A stretch of 63,624 nucleotides of DNA, the filler included, from Octopus bimaculoides (taxonomy: Eukaryota): the NCBI RefSeq assembly GCF_001194135.2. It is 8 parts of 8 records of this genome, joined end to end, with 100 filler letters (N's around TTAATTAATTAA, not from the genome) between each part and the next. Parts side by side here need not be neighbours in the genome. Positions count along the whole stretch, not along the records: positions 1 to 14,599 come from NC_068987.1; 7 more parts are not named here. One strand, given 5' to 3'. Positions 1 through 13,657 of this stretch are shown piece after piece. The notes below the pieces were generated by a model. It did no database searches, had not been told where the DNA came from, and saw nothing but the letters and a program-made list of their open reading frames with translations. Each line of letters begins with the position of its first letter. Position 1 is the stretch's first letter. Position numbers and translations under genes: made by a program.

Positions 1-391
1 TTTAGTGTCCAGTTAAGGATGTTGTAGCTGTAGCTTATAACTGGGACAGCTAAAGTGTTGATACCCATTATCTTGTTTTTAGCATTGAGCTCTGTTTTTA
101 TTATTGATCTAACTCGTCTATAGTACTCTTTCTTTATTTTTTCTTTCATTTGTGGATGTTGTATCCTATCTAGTTCATTGACTCCTAAATACTTGTATGG
201 TTGGCTTTCGTCTAGTTCTCTTATTTTATTGGTTTTATCTAGTGTTATATTGCTACTTTTAACTAATTTTCCTCTTTTCAGGGTTGCATTGGCACATTTT
301 TCTAATCCGAATTTCATATCTATTTCCTTGGTAAAGCCGTGTACTGTCTGTAGTTGTGTTTCTAGCTCTTTGTCGCTTTTAGCATATAATG

Positions 392-392
<1 letters not shown>
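1..392 (-). mobile_element. R4/Dong-like non-LTR retrotransposon, RT C-terminal fragment (5'-truncated, runs off window)
   Basis: Open minus frame without a start codon, absent from the ORF track: LYAKSDKELETQLQTVHGFTKEIDMKFGLEKC...QPYKYLGVNE...KTELNAKNKIMGINTLAVPVISYSYNILNWTL. FGLEKC, YKYLG and LNAKNKI..INTLAVP are typical of R4/Dong RTs just after YxDD. Confidence 0.8.

Positions 393-400
<8 letters not shown>

Positions 401-450
<50 letters not shown>
401..450. repeat. (TTA)n microsatellite; also the 3' tail of the adjacent minus-strand SINE
   Basis: Perfect ttattatta run between the Dong fragment and the SINE end. Confidence 0.95.
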
Positions 451-451
<1 letters not shown>

Positions 452-682
452 GCGCCTTTTTAAAGCCTAGCCAGGCTCATGTGCCCAGTTTCCCGGCGTA
501 AGTGTTCCCACCAGCTGGACGGGACGGCAGTCCATCGCATCGTTACTCAAGAAACGAAAAGAAAGAGTGAGAGAAAGTTGGGGCGAAAGAATACAACACG
601 GGTCGCCATCGGAGTCTCGTGGAGCTTTTAGGTGCTTTCGCTCAATAAACACATACAACGCCCGGTTTGGGAATCGAAACCT
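452..682 (-). mobile_element. tRNA-derived SINE, 5'-truncated (head type A, tail type X)
   Basis: Minus strand GGTTTCGATTCCC (B box-like), then ...ttgagcgaaagcacctaaaagctccacgag, shared with 47205-47595. Tail gagtaacg...ctggctaggctttaaaaaggcgcat(AAT)n is shared with 18864-19111. Confidence 0.8.
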
Positions 683-1552
683 GTTTCAATATTCTTTAAC
701 AACATGAAATTTTGGACAAAGACATCCACGAGGTAAATGTATATGAAAAACCAGCTAACCAATCATCCTTCACTATTGAAATGCTTTCAAAAGTATAAGC
801 ATATGCATGTGAAGCTTATCCATAGTTGATACATCTCGCTCAAGATCGTTAATGCATACGACAGTGAATGGTATTTAGTTATGCTTAAATCACCCATCCT
901 ACCTTGCTTTATTCATACACACTATCTTTCTCCCCCACCACCAACATTATTTTCCCCCTCTCTTCCCTCCATCTTCTCTTCAAATGCCAATCCCACTATT
1001 AATTCTGTTTTAAGCTAACTACTACATTATCTACTACTGACCTGCCCAATTCCTATTTCCTCTCATTCCCCTATAATTTATTTCATCTGATTTCATTTAA
1101 TTTTATTTCTGTTTTATTTTTTCTTCCTCTTTTTTCATCCTTCCTTTTAATACTAAATCCTCCCTACATTTATATATCCCTCACATATTGCGCCCTCCAT
1201 ACATTCTGATTGAATCCACTTTGCGTCAATATGTACCTCCTTGCGACAAAGTAGCCTTTACTCTAATCAAGATTTCCTTGGCCTGGAGAGTAGCCGGCTG
1301 TATACACCTCGCTTGGATTTTACCACTTCTGAGGCTCAGCTCGATATGAAACATATTGTTGTGTCGACGCCCCCAAGCGAAGAAGTAGGATCGCCCAAGA
1401 CATATAAATAGAGGTAGTCTGACCGTGGTGAGGTTTGAGTGGGTGTTCAGTAGCAGACGAGGGGTAGTCGAGTACCAGTTGAGTAGAAATAATCCGAAGG
1501 TGCTAGATAGCAGTAGCTTGAGACATAACACATATGTAGCCGTTCCATAACT

Positions 1553-1599
<47 letters not shown>

Positions 1600-3907
1600 T
1601 TATTTATTTATTTATTTATGGGTTTCAGCCAAGTGGCTGCGGCCATGCTGGAGCACCACCGTGATCTTCCGTCCCCACGCCTATATATATATATACACAC
1701 ATATATTTTTATATAAGTATGTGTGTGTATGTCTATCTATCTATCTATCTATATATCTATCTATCTATCTATCCATATATATATATATATATATGAGGAG
1801 GCATGGTCAAAACCAGTTTTGTGCAACATCACTTTTGCAGGCCGCTTAGCAAACACTGAACAATCATACGACGTCTTCGAAGTGAGAGTTCATCATATAA
1901 ATTATATATATTGAATTTATATTTATACAGTAGTTGAGGGAGCAAATGCTTCCATTTTGTAATATTTGTGAAACATGTGGTATATTCAAGTATTTGAATA
2001 CTTCTGCAGTTTCTCTTAAACATACACTTTTTGCCTAAATGATACACTATAACACAAAATTAAAAATAATGTCACTGAGGGAATTATTCAAGCACTATTC
2101 TTGAAGACGGCGATTTTGTCACTTATGTATCAGTGCAAAATTTCAAATGAACTCGTTTTCTCTCAGCTCGTAACATTCTGGCTATGAACTCATGTTAAAT
2201 GACTGTCACCAAAATAAGAATAATCTAGTAATTCCCTGCAGAATGTATTATAGTTATGGCAGTGGCGTTTGCAAGCCTGTGATTTACGTTTGAAAGTCAT
2301 ATTAAATTTATTTAGAGTTCTTCCTAATTCGCAATTATTTCTTTAAGCCTCTTCATGAGCTAACTCTAACTATAATCAAATTTTCAGAAACCCCAAAGCA
2401 ATAGTAAACTGACATTAGAACAATGAACATTTACAATTTAAATATAAAATTCTCTACAACTTTTCGCTTTAATTAATGAATTAAGATATTACTTTATTTA
2501 AATTTAAATTATAATATTTTTCACTCCATATCATTCTATCATCTCATGTATTTAATTTTTTGTTTCAGTCACTGAACTATATCATTTGATAATTTAGGGA
2601 ATATGATCTTTTTAAATTAGTTTCATACGTATTCTAGATATAGTCTATTTCAATTTCAAAATTCATTCAAGTTTATATAGAATTTCTATTCGAAGCTTCT
2701 TTTATGCCCATTGACTATTAAGTCAATAACTGACGTCTTCATATTCACTTTTCTAATCATCATTATGATCATTCCGTTTCTCAAATACGCCCTCGCTCAT
2801 AATTTTATGAATAATTTTTGTTAGTTCGGTGAACAATGATCCGACCCCGCTCTATGAATAGTTCCATATATTCTTTATTATCTTTTATGTTACAACACTC
2901 CCAGATACTCTCTATTGTCGTGCATGCAAACCACGTTGATTCGCACCTTTCCTAAAAAGTCATATTTATTTTTAGCCACATACGCATTACTGAGACAGGC
3001 ATGGGAATACTCCCACCACAAATATATACATGCATACATACATATATGCATGTATATACATATATACATACATATATACATATATATATATATGTATATA
3101 TGCATGTATATACATGTATATNNNNNNNNNNNNNNNNNNNNNNNNNNNNNNNNNNNNNNNNNNNNNNNNNNNNNNNNNNNNNNNNNNNNNNNNNNNNNNN
3201 NNNNNNNNNNNNNNNNNNNNNNNNNNNNNNNNNNNNNNNNNNNNNNNNNNNNNNNNNNNNNNNNNNNNNNNNNNNNNNNNNNNNNNNNNNNNNNNNNNNN
3301 NNNNNNNNNNNNNNNNNNNNNNNTATATGTACACTCACACATATAGGTACATATGTATATACAAACGCATACCTTAGATTGTGTCGAGCGAATATGCAAG
3401 GAATGTTGAATACATACTGTAGAGCAGTGCTACTTAAAATGGTGGTCCGTGCACCAGTGCCGGTTCGCGGGCCATCACCTGTCTCTATGCGGTGAATTTC
3501 CAGAAAAGAAACAAACATTATAAAATGCTTATGAAATGCTTATAAAATGCAAATCTAATTTGTTATTTGTTTACAAAATAAACATAAGATTAGAAAAAAT
3601 TGTCAACTCTTATTACATTCATGATATATATTGTTTCCGGTATAAATTAATATTGCTAAGAAATATTACCGGTCCCTGGCATATTGTAGAAAAAAAAAAT
3701 GCCCGTACGCCACAACGAATAGTTGGAGAAGCACGGCTGTAGAGGTTATCTTTTTTTTAAGAGTTTGTAGTGTTTCGATTTTCATGACGCATCATCATCT
3801 GGCGAGTACACACATGCACACTCACATACACACACACACTTGTATATACATAAATATATATACATTTATATATATTTATATACAGAGAGAAATATAGCAA
3901 TATAGAT

Positions 3908-3983
<76 letters not shown>

Positions 3984-4017
3984 TAGATAGATAGATAGAT
4001 AGATAGATAGATGGATG

Positions 4018-4049
<32 letters not shown>

Positions 4050-4464
4050 CGTTTCTTTTATTAGCCACACAGGGCTCAACGAAGATGGGAATGGGACAAA
4101 TACAATGTAGNNNNNNNNNNNNNNNNNNNNNNNNNNNNNNNNNNNNNNNNNNNNNNNNNNNNNNNNNNNNNNNNNNNNNNNNNNNNNNNNNNNNNNNNNN
4201 NNNNNNNNNNNNNNNNNNNNNNNNNNNNNNNNNNNNNNNNNNNNNNNNNNNNNNNNNNNNNNNNNNNNNNNNNNNNNNNNNNNNNNNNNNNNNNNNNNNN
4301 NNNNNNNNNNNNNNNNNNNNNNNNNNNNNNNNNNNNNNNNNNNNNNNNNNNNNNNNNNNNNNNNNATGCTCAAGATGGCTCCGTCGTTCACACGTGCCAT
4401 CCTTGCTATATTCACCCATCTTTTTTTGAAGCATTCACTAGACAAGACTTCCCTTTCTACTCTC
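4050..4464 (-). mobile_element. Tx1/L1-clade LINE 3' end inside a (GATA)n array (N gap inside)
   Basis: 4366-4464 minus reads RKMRVEREVLSSECFKKRWVNIARMARVNDGAILS (Tx1-type ORF2 C-terminus). The terminus ccctgtgtggctaataaa..gaaac is shared with 31926. (ATAG)n lies on both sides. Confidence 0.7.
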
Positions 4465-4472
4465 ATCTTCCT

Positions 4473-4553
<81 letters not shown>

Positions 4554-5488
4554 CAGATAAATAGACACAAATAGATATACGTATGTATTTGTTTAAATCC
4601 TCTATAGTTATAAAATTGAAAAGTGAAGTTTAAAAGCGGACGGAATTTGTATTTAAATTACCTGAAGATAAATGCTGCTGTTCAAACAAAATATTATTTT
4701 ATGTAGCAGAAAGTATTATCGTCAAACGAAACAAATTCTAAACACCATAATTTCAATTATACCTATATAATTGAGTAATAAAATTTGCACATATGCATAT
4801 ATCCAACAGGTAATTTCTATTTCTTTAAAATAATATACTTATATGACGCCAGACAGAGAAGTATTATAGTAATATGACCAATATTATTTTAAAGTGGTCT
4901 GGGAAATTTACTAATCATTATTCGAAGAAGTCTGAGAAATTACAACTAAAAGTATTTACACAATAATTTGTTTTTTAGTAACTTACATTGATATATAAAT
5001 TTGTAAAAGTTACTTATTTTAAAACATATAAATGATTGATAATCTCTAATTGTGTAATTTTCTTATAAAATGTAAAATTACTGGACGCGACGTTATTTCA
5101 ATTGTCACAAGTTTACAGACATATGTCAAAAACTGATACTTCTGATCAAAAATATCACTTAATGAATTCGTTATTATCTACACTAACAGACAATACAAAA
5201 ACGACTTTTGAATTCTTGTATAATACTTTCATTTATTTCTTTTGTAAAGGCATTACTTTAAAACACATTTTTTCTTACGTTACGAATGCGATACTACCTC
5301 TCTCAACTTTTTATACTTGTATACACACACACACACACATACAAACACACACACAAACTCACATACTCACACACACACACACACACATGCATATATACAT
5401 ACAAATATGCATATATATACATACAAGTATGCATATATACATACACATTATATATATATGTATGTGTGTGTGTGCATTTGTGAGTGTG

Positions 5489-5544
<56 letters not shown>

Positions 5545-5782
5545 NNNNNNNNNNNNNNNNNNNNNNNNNNNNNNNNNNNNNNNNNNNNNNNNNNNNNNNN
5601 NNNNNNNNNNNNNNNNNNNNNNNNNNNNNNNNNNNNNNNNNNNNNNNNNNNNNNNNNNNNNNNNNNNNNNNNNNNNNNNNNNNNNNNNNNNNNNNNNNNN
5701 NNNNNNNNNNNNNNNNNNNNNNNNNNNNNNNNNNNNNNNNNNNNNNNNNNNNNNNNNNNNNNNNNNNNNNNNNNNNNNNNNN

Positions 5783-5836
<54 letters not shown>

Positions 5837-6134
5837 GTAAGATACCGTTGCAAATAACAACGGAACATTTTGCCGGCAACGAATATTTTTGATTAAACAT
5901 TAAACTCTACTCCGCAGTGAATGCAACGAATATTTAAGTTTGTAAAAAAACTTGTAGTTGAAATATTCAATACACTTCAAAAATCGAAATTACAAGAAAT
6001 TTTTGGGAACATGTATTTATGACGAAATTCCTGACGGTCAAGCCTTTAATAATTGCTTACTTTTAGTAACTGTTATACACCTAATTAATAAGCATCATTC
6101 TCCATTATAGTATATATATATATATGCGTACTTA

Positions 6135-7453
6135 TAGGAAGTGGGACTGAAGTTATATAGGCTGACTATGAAAGAATCACATTGTACAGCTGCGAAACAT
6201 TACAGTCATTAATGCGAACGCTTTTTATTAATAACTCTATTGTGTATGTCCAGGGAAACTGACAATTGTTCAAAGAAGTCTTGCAAAGTAATTAGTAGAG
6301 ACGTCTAAAAATAGACGCAATTTGTCATCGCGGGATTATCAAGTGCTCGCAGAAAAACGATTTTGTCCTCATTGACATTCATGTTTCCACATTAGTGTAT
6401 GATGATTCCAGTTTTATCAACAGTGCAAAAGTGGGCATCTGAATTTGGTGGGGGACGGGAAAGTCTTGAAAACGACCCAAAGTTTGGACTTCCTGCTAAT
6501 GCTACCACTGTGGAAAACATTGATGTCATTCACCACATGCTGACGGTTGACAGGTGATTGACAATAAATGACATTCCTATTACTTTTGGCGTATTCCGTG
6601 AGAGAGGTGAAAATGTTCTGCGCAATGAACCTAGCATGGCGAATATTTCTGCTCAGGGATTACCACTTCCGATACCTGATCAAATGTGCACCAGGCTGAT
6701 CACATCACGGAAAAATTTGACAATGAGTGAGGCAGATTCATTTAGATTCCTTGAACGTTTTCTGAGCTAGAATAAGTGTTGGCTCATCCCATCGAGACAG
6801 AGTCAAAGACGAATAGATGCTGTAAAAACACTCCTCCTCACCGGCTCCAAAGTGTTTCATATGTGAGGATGTGTTGATGGCTTTAGTTTTGGGAAGATGC
6901 AAAAGGCAGTGTATTTACTGATATGAAAAGGTCCATACTATCAATAAAGTGTAGTATGTCAATTTCCTGTGCCAGTTACAAAATGCTATCATGACCAAAC
7001 GCACTGTAACACTGACGAATGGGGTCTTGTGCCATCTGGACAATCATTCTAAATGAATCTGCCTCACACATTGTCAAATTTTTCCGTGATGTAATCAGCC
7101 TGGCGCACATTTGATCAGGTATCGGAAGTGGTAATCCCTAAGCAGAAATATTCGCCATGCATCTTTGAAGTGGGTTAATTACCCTCCCTCTTCTCCTGAT
7201 TTAGTCATAACTAACTAATTTGTTGGCCAGCACAAGAAAACACTTGGCTTGTAACCAATATCACTGTGATAACGTCATATTTGCTGTGATGGCTTTTGAC
7301 CGACAGGATGAAAGGATATGTACCAACAGGATCCATGCACTGCAAAACCAATGGAGGAATTAGTGGATCGGGGGATTATGTTCAAAAGTAAACATCATTT
7401 AGCCACCATGAGCGAATGGTGTCGGACAATCTACTTTCCAGTAGGTCTTCGTA
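6135..7453 (+). mobile_element. Degenerate near full-length mariner DNA transposon (~1.3 kb)
   Basis: Broken frames read STVQKWASEF..LENDPKFGLPANATTVENIDVIHHMLTVDR*LTIN...RERGENVLRNE...PDQMCTRLITSRKNLT...FLERFLS*NKCW. C-terminal HALQ..GDYV-like sequence near 7340-7390. Degenerate TIR-like ends near 6135 and 7431-7453 next to TA. Confidence 0.85.
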
Positions 7454-7589
7454 TATACACACACACACATGTATATATATATATATATATATAGGTTAAA
7501 AAAAAAGACAAAAACAATAACAAAAAACAACAACGTGAGGACGTGATACGGATAGTGTTACTAGACGTTCGGGAAAGGAAAGAGAGAGA

Positions 7590-7624
7590 GTATGACATTT
7601 CGAGCGGAGCTCTTCGTCGGAAAC
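7590..7624 (-). ncRNA. Minimal type I hammerhead ribozyme motif, degenerate, in a Penelope-type repeat (~7530-7700)
   Basis: Minus strand gttt-CCGACGA-a-GAGC tcc GCTC-GAAA-t-GTC/atac. U4 is replaced by C, stem II is a perfect 4 bp, and stem I pairs at 3 of 4 positions. Confidence 0.55.
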
Positions 7625-7860
7625 AAGGAAAGTTCAAAGAAGGGGAAAACGGAGGAAGAAAAAATCAGCACCGATGTCCACGAGGTTACATTGTGGAAGG
7701 ACCGGAAGACGAAATGGTGGAGGAAAAGCTCCTTCTAAGACAGGAGAGTGAAAAAGTTCCTTCTAAGACAGGAGAGTGTGTGTATGTGTATATGTATGTG
7801 TGTGTACGTGTGTGTGTATATGCGTGCGGTTTGCTTTGTGGATCGCACGTGGGTTATTTC

Positions 7861-7892
<32 letters not shown>

Positions 7893-8494
7893 ATATTCGT
7901 AGTATGTGTCACTGTTTGATGTGTGTGTATGTGAGTTATGTGTGGGTTCATTTGCATGTGTGTACATGTATGTGAACATGTGTGTGTGTGTGTGTGTAAG
8001 TGTCTGTTTGTGTGAGTGTGTGTGTGAGTGAGTGTGTGTGTAAGAGTTGTGTAAGTTCATTTGCATGTTTGTGTAAGTGAGTTGGTTTTTACATGTGTGT
8101 GTATGTTCCTTGTGTGTGTGCGTGTGTATGTGCGTGTGATGTGTGTGCGTGTGTGTATGTTTGTGCGTGTGTGTATGTGTCTTCTGTGTGTGTGCGTGTG
8201 TATGTTTGCATGTGGATGTGCTTGCGTGTGTTTGTGTGGGGTTGTAGGTGTTGGGTACGTGTCTGTGTGTATGTATGTCTGTATGTGTGTGTGTGTGTAT
8301 TTGTGGGTGCGCGTGTGTGTATGTGTATGTTTTTGTGCGTGCCTGCGTATGTGTGTGTATGTATGTGTATGTTGTGTATATGTGCGTTGCTGCGTACATG
8401 TGTGTTCATATATATATACACATATACATAGATAGATAGATAGATAAATATAAAGGCAGATAGATAGTTAGATAGCTAGATAGACACACGCACG

Positions 8495-8544
<50 letters not shown>

Positions 8545-9229
8545 AGAACGTGTGCCCTGNNNNNNNNNNCACACACATATATATATATATATAAGAACGT
8601 GTGCCCTGAATCAATGTGGGCGTGCCTTTGCACATCAGAGTTATATCTCTCTGCAGGGTATCTATACAGAGTGATAAACAAGTCATGTAATTACAAAACT
8701 AAGGAACAGAATTCATAAGGATATATTTCATAGTGGGTTTAATGAAAAGAAAATGTTCATAGCTAAAAAGTCTAGCACACGGAAGTTTAATAATTAATTA
8801 AAAAATTATAGTAAAAACATCTAGAAAGTCATCGCTGTGGAAAATATAAAAAAAAGAAAACAAATTGAACTCGACAGAATATTACAATAATTGAAATAGA
8901 TCTTGAAAGACCAATTTTTTACCTGCAGAGACTGTTTATCAAGCAATATTTTTCTTTGCGTATATTTGGGTTTTCGTAACTAAAGTTGTGTTTGTTTAGC
9001 TTGTAGTATTGCTGAGACAATGTTTGTATTTTCGCTTCGCAAGCTTTTAAGACGCTAAATTCATAACAATATGCAATGTAAATTAATATCAGGAAGCTCT
9101 ACATCTTACTTCGATTGTTAGGTAAGATTTAATATGAATCGTTAATTACTAATTAACCTTTAAGTAAAAAGATAACATTCACAACACTGGTAAATGTAAA
9201 TAAAATCCATTGTAATTTTCGGCAAATTA

Positions 9230-9450
9230 AATCATTTCTTCAGCATCTGAGATTTTCACTGCAATGTTAGGGTCATCTGTTGCTGTTTGGTAATTGTTCT
9301 TTCAATTTCCACCCACTTTTGCTTTGAATATCTTAAACAGTTGTATGTCAGGGCCAGTAGAAGAAGGCAAGGAGACAGAAAATGCACAATAAATACATAT
9401 GCAAAATGTTCTGTCGATGGTAGCAATCTCTAAAACGTCTTCAGTTGTGC
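9230..9450 (-). mobile_element. Possible decayed DNA-transposase remnant
   Basis: Frameshifted minus frames VLEIA...STGPDIQLFKIFKAK / VEIERT / NYQTATDDPNIAVKISDAEEMI resemble transposase-derived GPDI.LFK.F...W..I segments; the family is not assignable by eye. Confidence 0.25.
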
Positions 9451-9541
9451 TGAAATTTTGCATGTTGTGCTTATTCACTAAATTATATAAAATTAGAGGG
9501 CCTCTTCAAGTTTTTGAAATGGTAAGCTATTTTGCATCACC

Positions 9542-9620
<79 letters not shown>

Positions 9621-10069
9621 GCTTGCGTATATGTATATACATATTTATATGTATTTTACTATTTCGCGTAGGCACAGATATACTAGTAACCTTGTGTAGA
9701 ACTCAATATACATACGGTTCAGAATAATGTGTTAGTCGCGTACACAGCGATAATAAGAAATTGTATTTATATTTTCAAGACACGTCTTAAGTGTATTATT
9801 GTATATACGCACACGCATGTTATCGAATGCTAATTATCATATAAATAATATGAATAAATTAGATGTATATTTATAAATCCATTTCAGTTTCTGAATAATT
9901 TTGGACGAGAAAAGGTATGAGCCTGTAGAAAGTCGTCTGACAAGCTGCAGTCAAATCTATGCGTTTTCTACGTCCTCTATTCACTGACAGTTTGTAATGA
10001 TAAGGTACTCAAGAACTTCCCATATAAAAGCAACCGTCATTACACTTTCATTCTGTTTCCCAAAGCGTG

Positions 10070-10380
10070 ACCAACGGATACTATAAGTGTTGTTCAACCT
10101 TAATTCTCCTGCCGGTTGATTGTTTGGAGAATCTGCCTTGTGATCCCTTCCTGCTTTATTTTAACATTCTGATTACATACGTTACATTCCCTGAGCACCA
10201 ATTACGTATCTTGTGGGGGATGGCTACTTTTGGTATCACTTTCAGGAAGCCCATTTCGGCCGCTTGTATTCGCCATGATACACTTTCCGTCATTACCATA
10301 GATGAGCTCAGGCACAACAGCGAAACTCAAGATAGTTAATTGAACTTTTATATTACCCTTTCTTCTTAGGAGGATAAAAT
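10070..10380 (-). mobile_element. RTE-clade LINE fragment (post-RT region)
   Basis: Broken minus frames IKVQLTIL..VVPELIYG / WRIQAAEMGFLKVI..KIRN match the RTE P.L.YG.E.W...RIQAAEMGFL pattern. Confidence 0.6.
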
Positions 10381-12076
10381 GCTGAAGCTGGTACATTGCT
10401 ATGCATCCAGTTCATGTCAAAATTTGTAGCTATATTTTTACGACAGACATAAACAATCGAAAGAACAGATATAATCTAGTTATATATAAATATTTATAAC
10501 CATTTCTGAAATGACAAGAATACCAAGACTGGAACGTCTGTATATATAGTTTTGTTGGGTCACAACTGGCCTAGGTTTAACCGTCAACTACAGTAACAGA
10601 AATTTATCATCGTAACACCTACCAAGACATATGAATAATCGCGTTTTCCATCCACCTGAATGTTATGAAGTTGATTTCTAAATGTAAAAGCTACATAAAT
10701 AATGTCGATATAACTAACACTATACTGAGAGAAACAATATTGAAATATAAAAAAAAAAACCTTGTCCCTAACATATTCAGGCCATATGATTTAAGGGTTG
10801 CTACAGAATATTTTTTCTAGAAACAAACATGATTGCATTGATGTATTGAAACTTGCAGTTGCAAAATATTAAGTCGAGATATATGAATGTTCCTTTACAT
10901 GAACAATTATTGTACTACGCTTCAACGAGATATATTGCATTATGAAGATTTCAGGGAATACAAAACATCTGTTTTTACTCTTTTTAACGTACAAAGATAA
11001 GTTTCTGATAAGCGACTTTCTGCATTCATATATTCTGTACTGCAAACATGAGGTGATTTTGTATGAAAATGTGAAATAATTTTCATATTTTAACATCTGC
11101 TAATAAACTGGAAGCAACGAATCTGATTAATTCTGAAGGTCCCTATTATCGCTTGACAGAATTCTCATATTTGAAGTGGCTGAAGAAAATAATTTTGCTC
11201 ATTAAGATTTAGGTTGAATAATTTACCAAAAGTGGTGAAGAGATTTCATTCATAACATATTAATTATATTGTAGCGTGTATCTTAAAAATATATCATTCG
11301 ATGATATTCATCATATATTTATAGAATATTTCAAAAATTATGATAACACTTTCTGTATGGCATTTAGTATTTCAATATAGAACAATAAATAGCTATACAT
11401 ATAACTGCACTAGATTTTCACCCAGCAAGCATCACACAATATCCTATCTAAGCTTTCTATTTTGTGCAATATGAAACATCCAATAATTCGTATAGATTTT
11501 CTGATCTCATCTTCTCGTTTTCATTACCTCAACACTTAAACGCTTTTGAATGACTAGAGCAGTTGCAGATATTCCACACCTAAATCAGAAATATCTGGCT
11601 GGCTATATTACCATCTGTTGCATGTGGAATAATTAGATTCGCTACGCAGGATTTGTTGTAAGAGATTTGATTCATAATGAAGTGTCCGAGCTGTCCGAAA
11701 GTCGATATGTATAGATTTCTTACTCATATAATCTGGCTGTCGATTACATTGCAGCTGAAAGAGCAACGGCAGTAAAATTATATAGCATTGTGATTGCAAC
11801 GTATTTTCCATCTATTTTCACCGCTTCTGCGCAAGTAATTTTTCTTCTTTAATCTTATTCGCTTTGAACCTCTTCTGTCAAACTGTCACTTTCTTTCCCT
11901 CTACATCTCCACTCACCAATGACTCTCAATTTCTCGCTCTTTTTTATGTATAATTCTATCAATCAGCGAGAGTATTAATCATAGGCTTATAGTTTATATC
12001 AAGTGTATAAAATACTTACACATACAAACAAAATGAAATGCAACACCTAAGAAGTACACAACACTAAACATTTTAC

Positions 12077-12133
<57 letters not shown>

Positions 12134-13496
12134 TATATGTACATACATATATGTACATACATATACATACACATATATATGTATACACACATATATACAT
12201 ATATATGTACATACATATATACAGAGAGAGAGAGAGTGAGGAGGGGGAGAAAAAGAGAATGAGAGTGAGAGTGAGAGAGAGAGAGAGCATGAGAGAGATA
12301 TGTGTACAAGCATTATGTGCATTGTGCTTGTCTGTCTGTATATGTGTTCGCTGTAATTGTACGATTATTGAGAGAAGAAAATTCAGCTAATGAGATAGGG
12401 AAAAGGGATGATTAAGGAGCAAAGAAATTTACTTTTTAAATTCCCTACACACTAAGCCATCGTTTGTGATACGGAATTACATAGTAGGACACTTCTAGGA
12501 ATCTAAAATTATTGAAGTGATCGTAGATGTCCACCCTTGTGATAGCTCTTACGACAGTAAGTCATCTTCTCTTGAATCAGATTAAATAGGCTAGAAATCA
12601 AGGAAAATATAGGGGTCGATCTCAAGTTATTACCTATATTATTTAACCAAAATAAGTAAGATAAATCACATTACATTTGCTGCACTCATTATACTGTAAT
12701 GCAGGGGTGGTTCATGCTAATATTAAAGCTACGTGTGCATTCAAGACAGCTGCTGTTATGCGCAGAGAGGCTTTGGCCAATGAGCAAGCTACATCATACA
12801 CATTGCCCGGTGAGAAACTTTATACTAGAATATACATGATTAAACATACTTGAAGCATTCAATGTGAATGTGAATATCATGAGAACTCACTCGCCCCTTC
12901 TCTCAACAATTTCGGAGTTCTAGTAAAAAGGCGAAGCGTTAAGTTATCCTGACTTGGTGATTATTAAAAAAAAAGGTTATAAATTTTAAACTTTGTAGAA
13001 ACATATAAATATATATATATAATTACGTTGGTTAACAATTATGTATTTAATTATTGAACATATACATGATGAAATACATTATAATTTCAATCATCTTGCT
13101 TTAAAATCAGTCATATTTTGAAAGACTTATCTCGCATACCGTACCGGTTTGAAAAAGAGTATGCATGGATTTAGTAGTGATGTAGCTGCCAACAAATGTG
13201 ACTACATCGACACGTCTTCATTGACGTGATTATTCATTTCGTTTCTAGTAAGATTATTTTGTTATTGTTGGTGTTTGGGCCCAGCTCATCTCTTAGCAAG
13301 AAGACTTGCATTGAAACGCCAAGTATTCCCCCTTTCTTCATCAAGGCTTGCATTGTTTAGTGGAATGATAGAAGTTGAACTCATTATAACATGCCGAGGT
13401 ATTTAGTTGATGTGATATAAATGCTATTTTTTCTGGGATATAAACAAATGGAGAGAGGGAGAGAAAAAGAGGAAAGAAGAGATATATTCATTTCCT

Positions 13497-13657
13497 CCTC
13501 TAGGCACAAGGCCGGAAATTTTGGGGAAGGGTGCCAGTCGATTAGATCAACTCCAGTACGCAACGGGTACTTAATTTATCGAACCCGAAAGGATAAAAGG
13601 CAAAGTTGACCTCGGCGGAATTTGGCGTGCTAACGTTTCTGCCAGCTCGCCGCCTTA
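13497..13657 (-). mobile_element. tRNA-derived SINE with Nin/Deu-type central domain, internally deleted
   Basis: Minus strand aaggcggcgagctggcagaaacgttagcacgcc|aaattccgccgaggtcaactttgccttttatcctttcgggttcgataaattaagtacc; the same core occurs at 35890-36035. Confidence 0.65.

Noticed and set aside
1322-1363. ctgaggc...gaaacatattgtt hammerhead-like string
   Set aside because: A9 is missing, there is no credible stem II, and stem I does not pair.
8505-8608. Duplicated ..cacacacatatatatatatataagaacgtgtgccctg either side of a 10-N gap
   Set aside because: Identical sequence flanking a minimal gap indicates an unmerged contig overlap.
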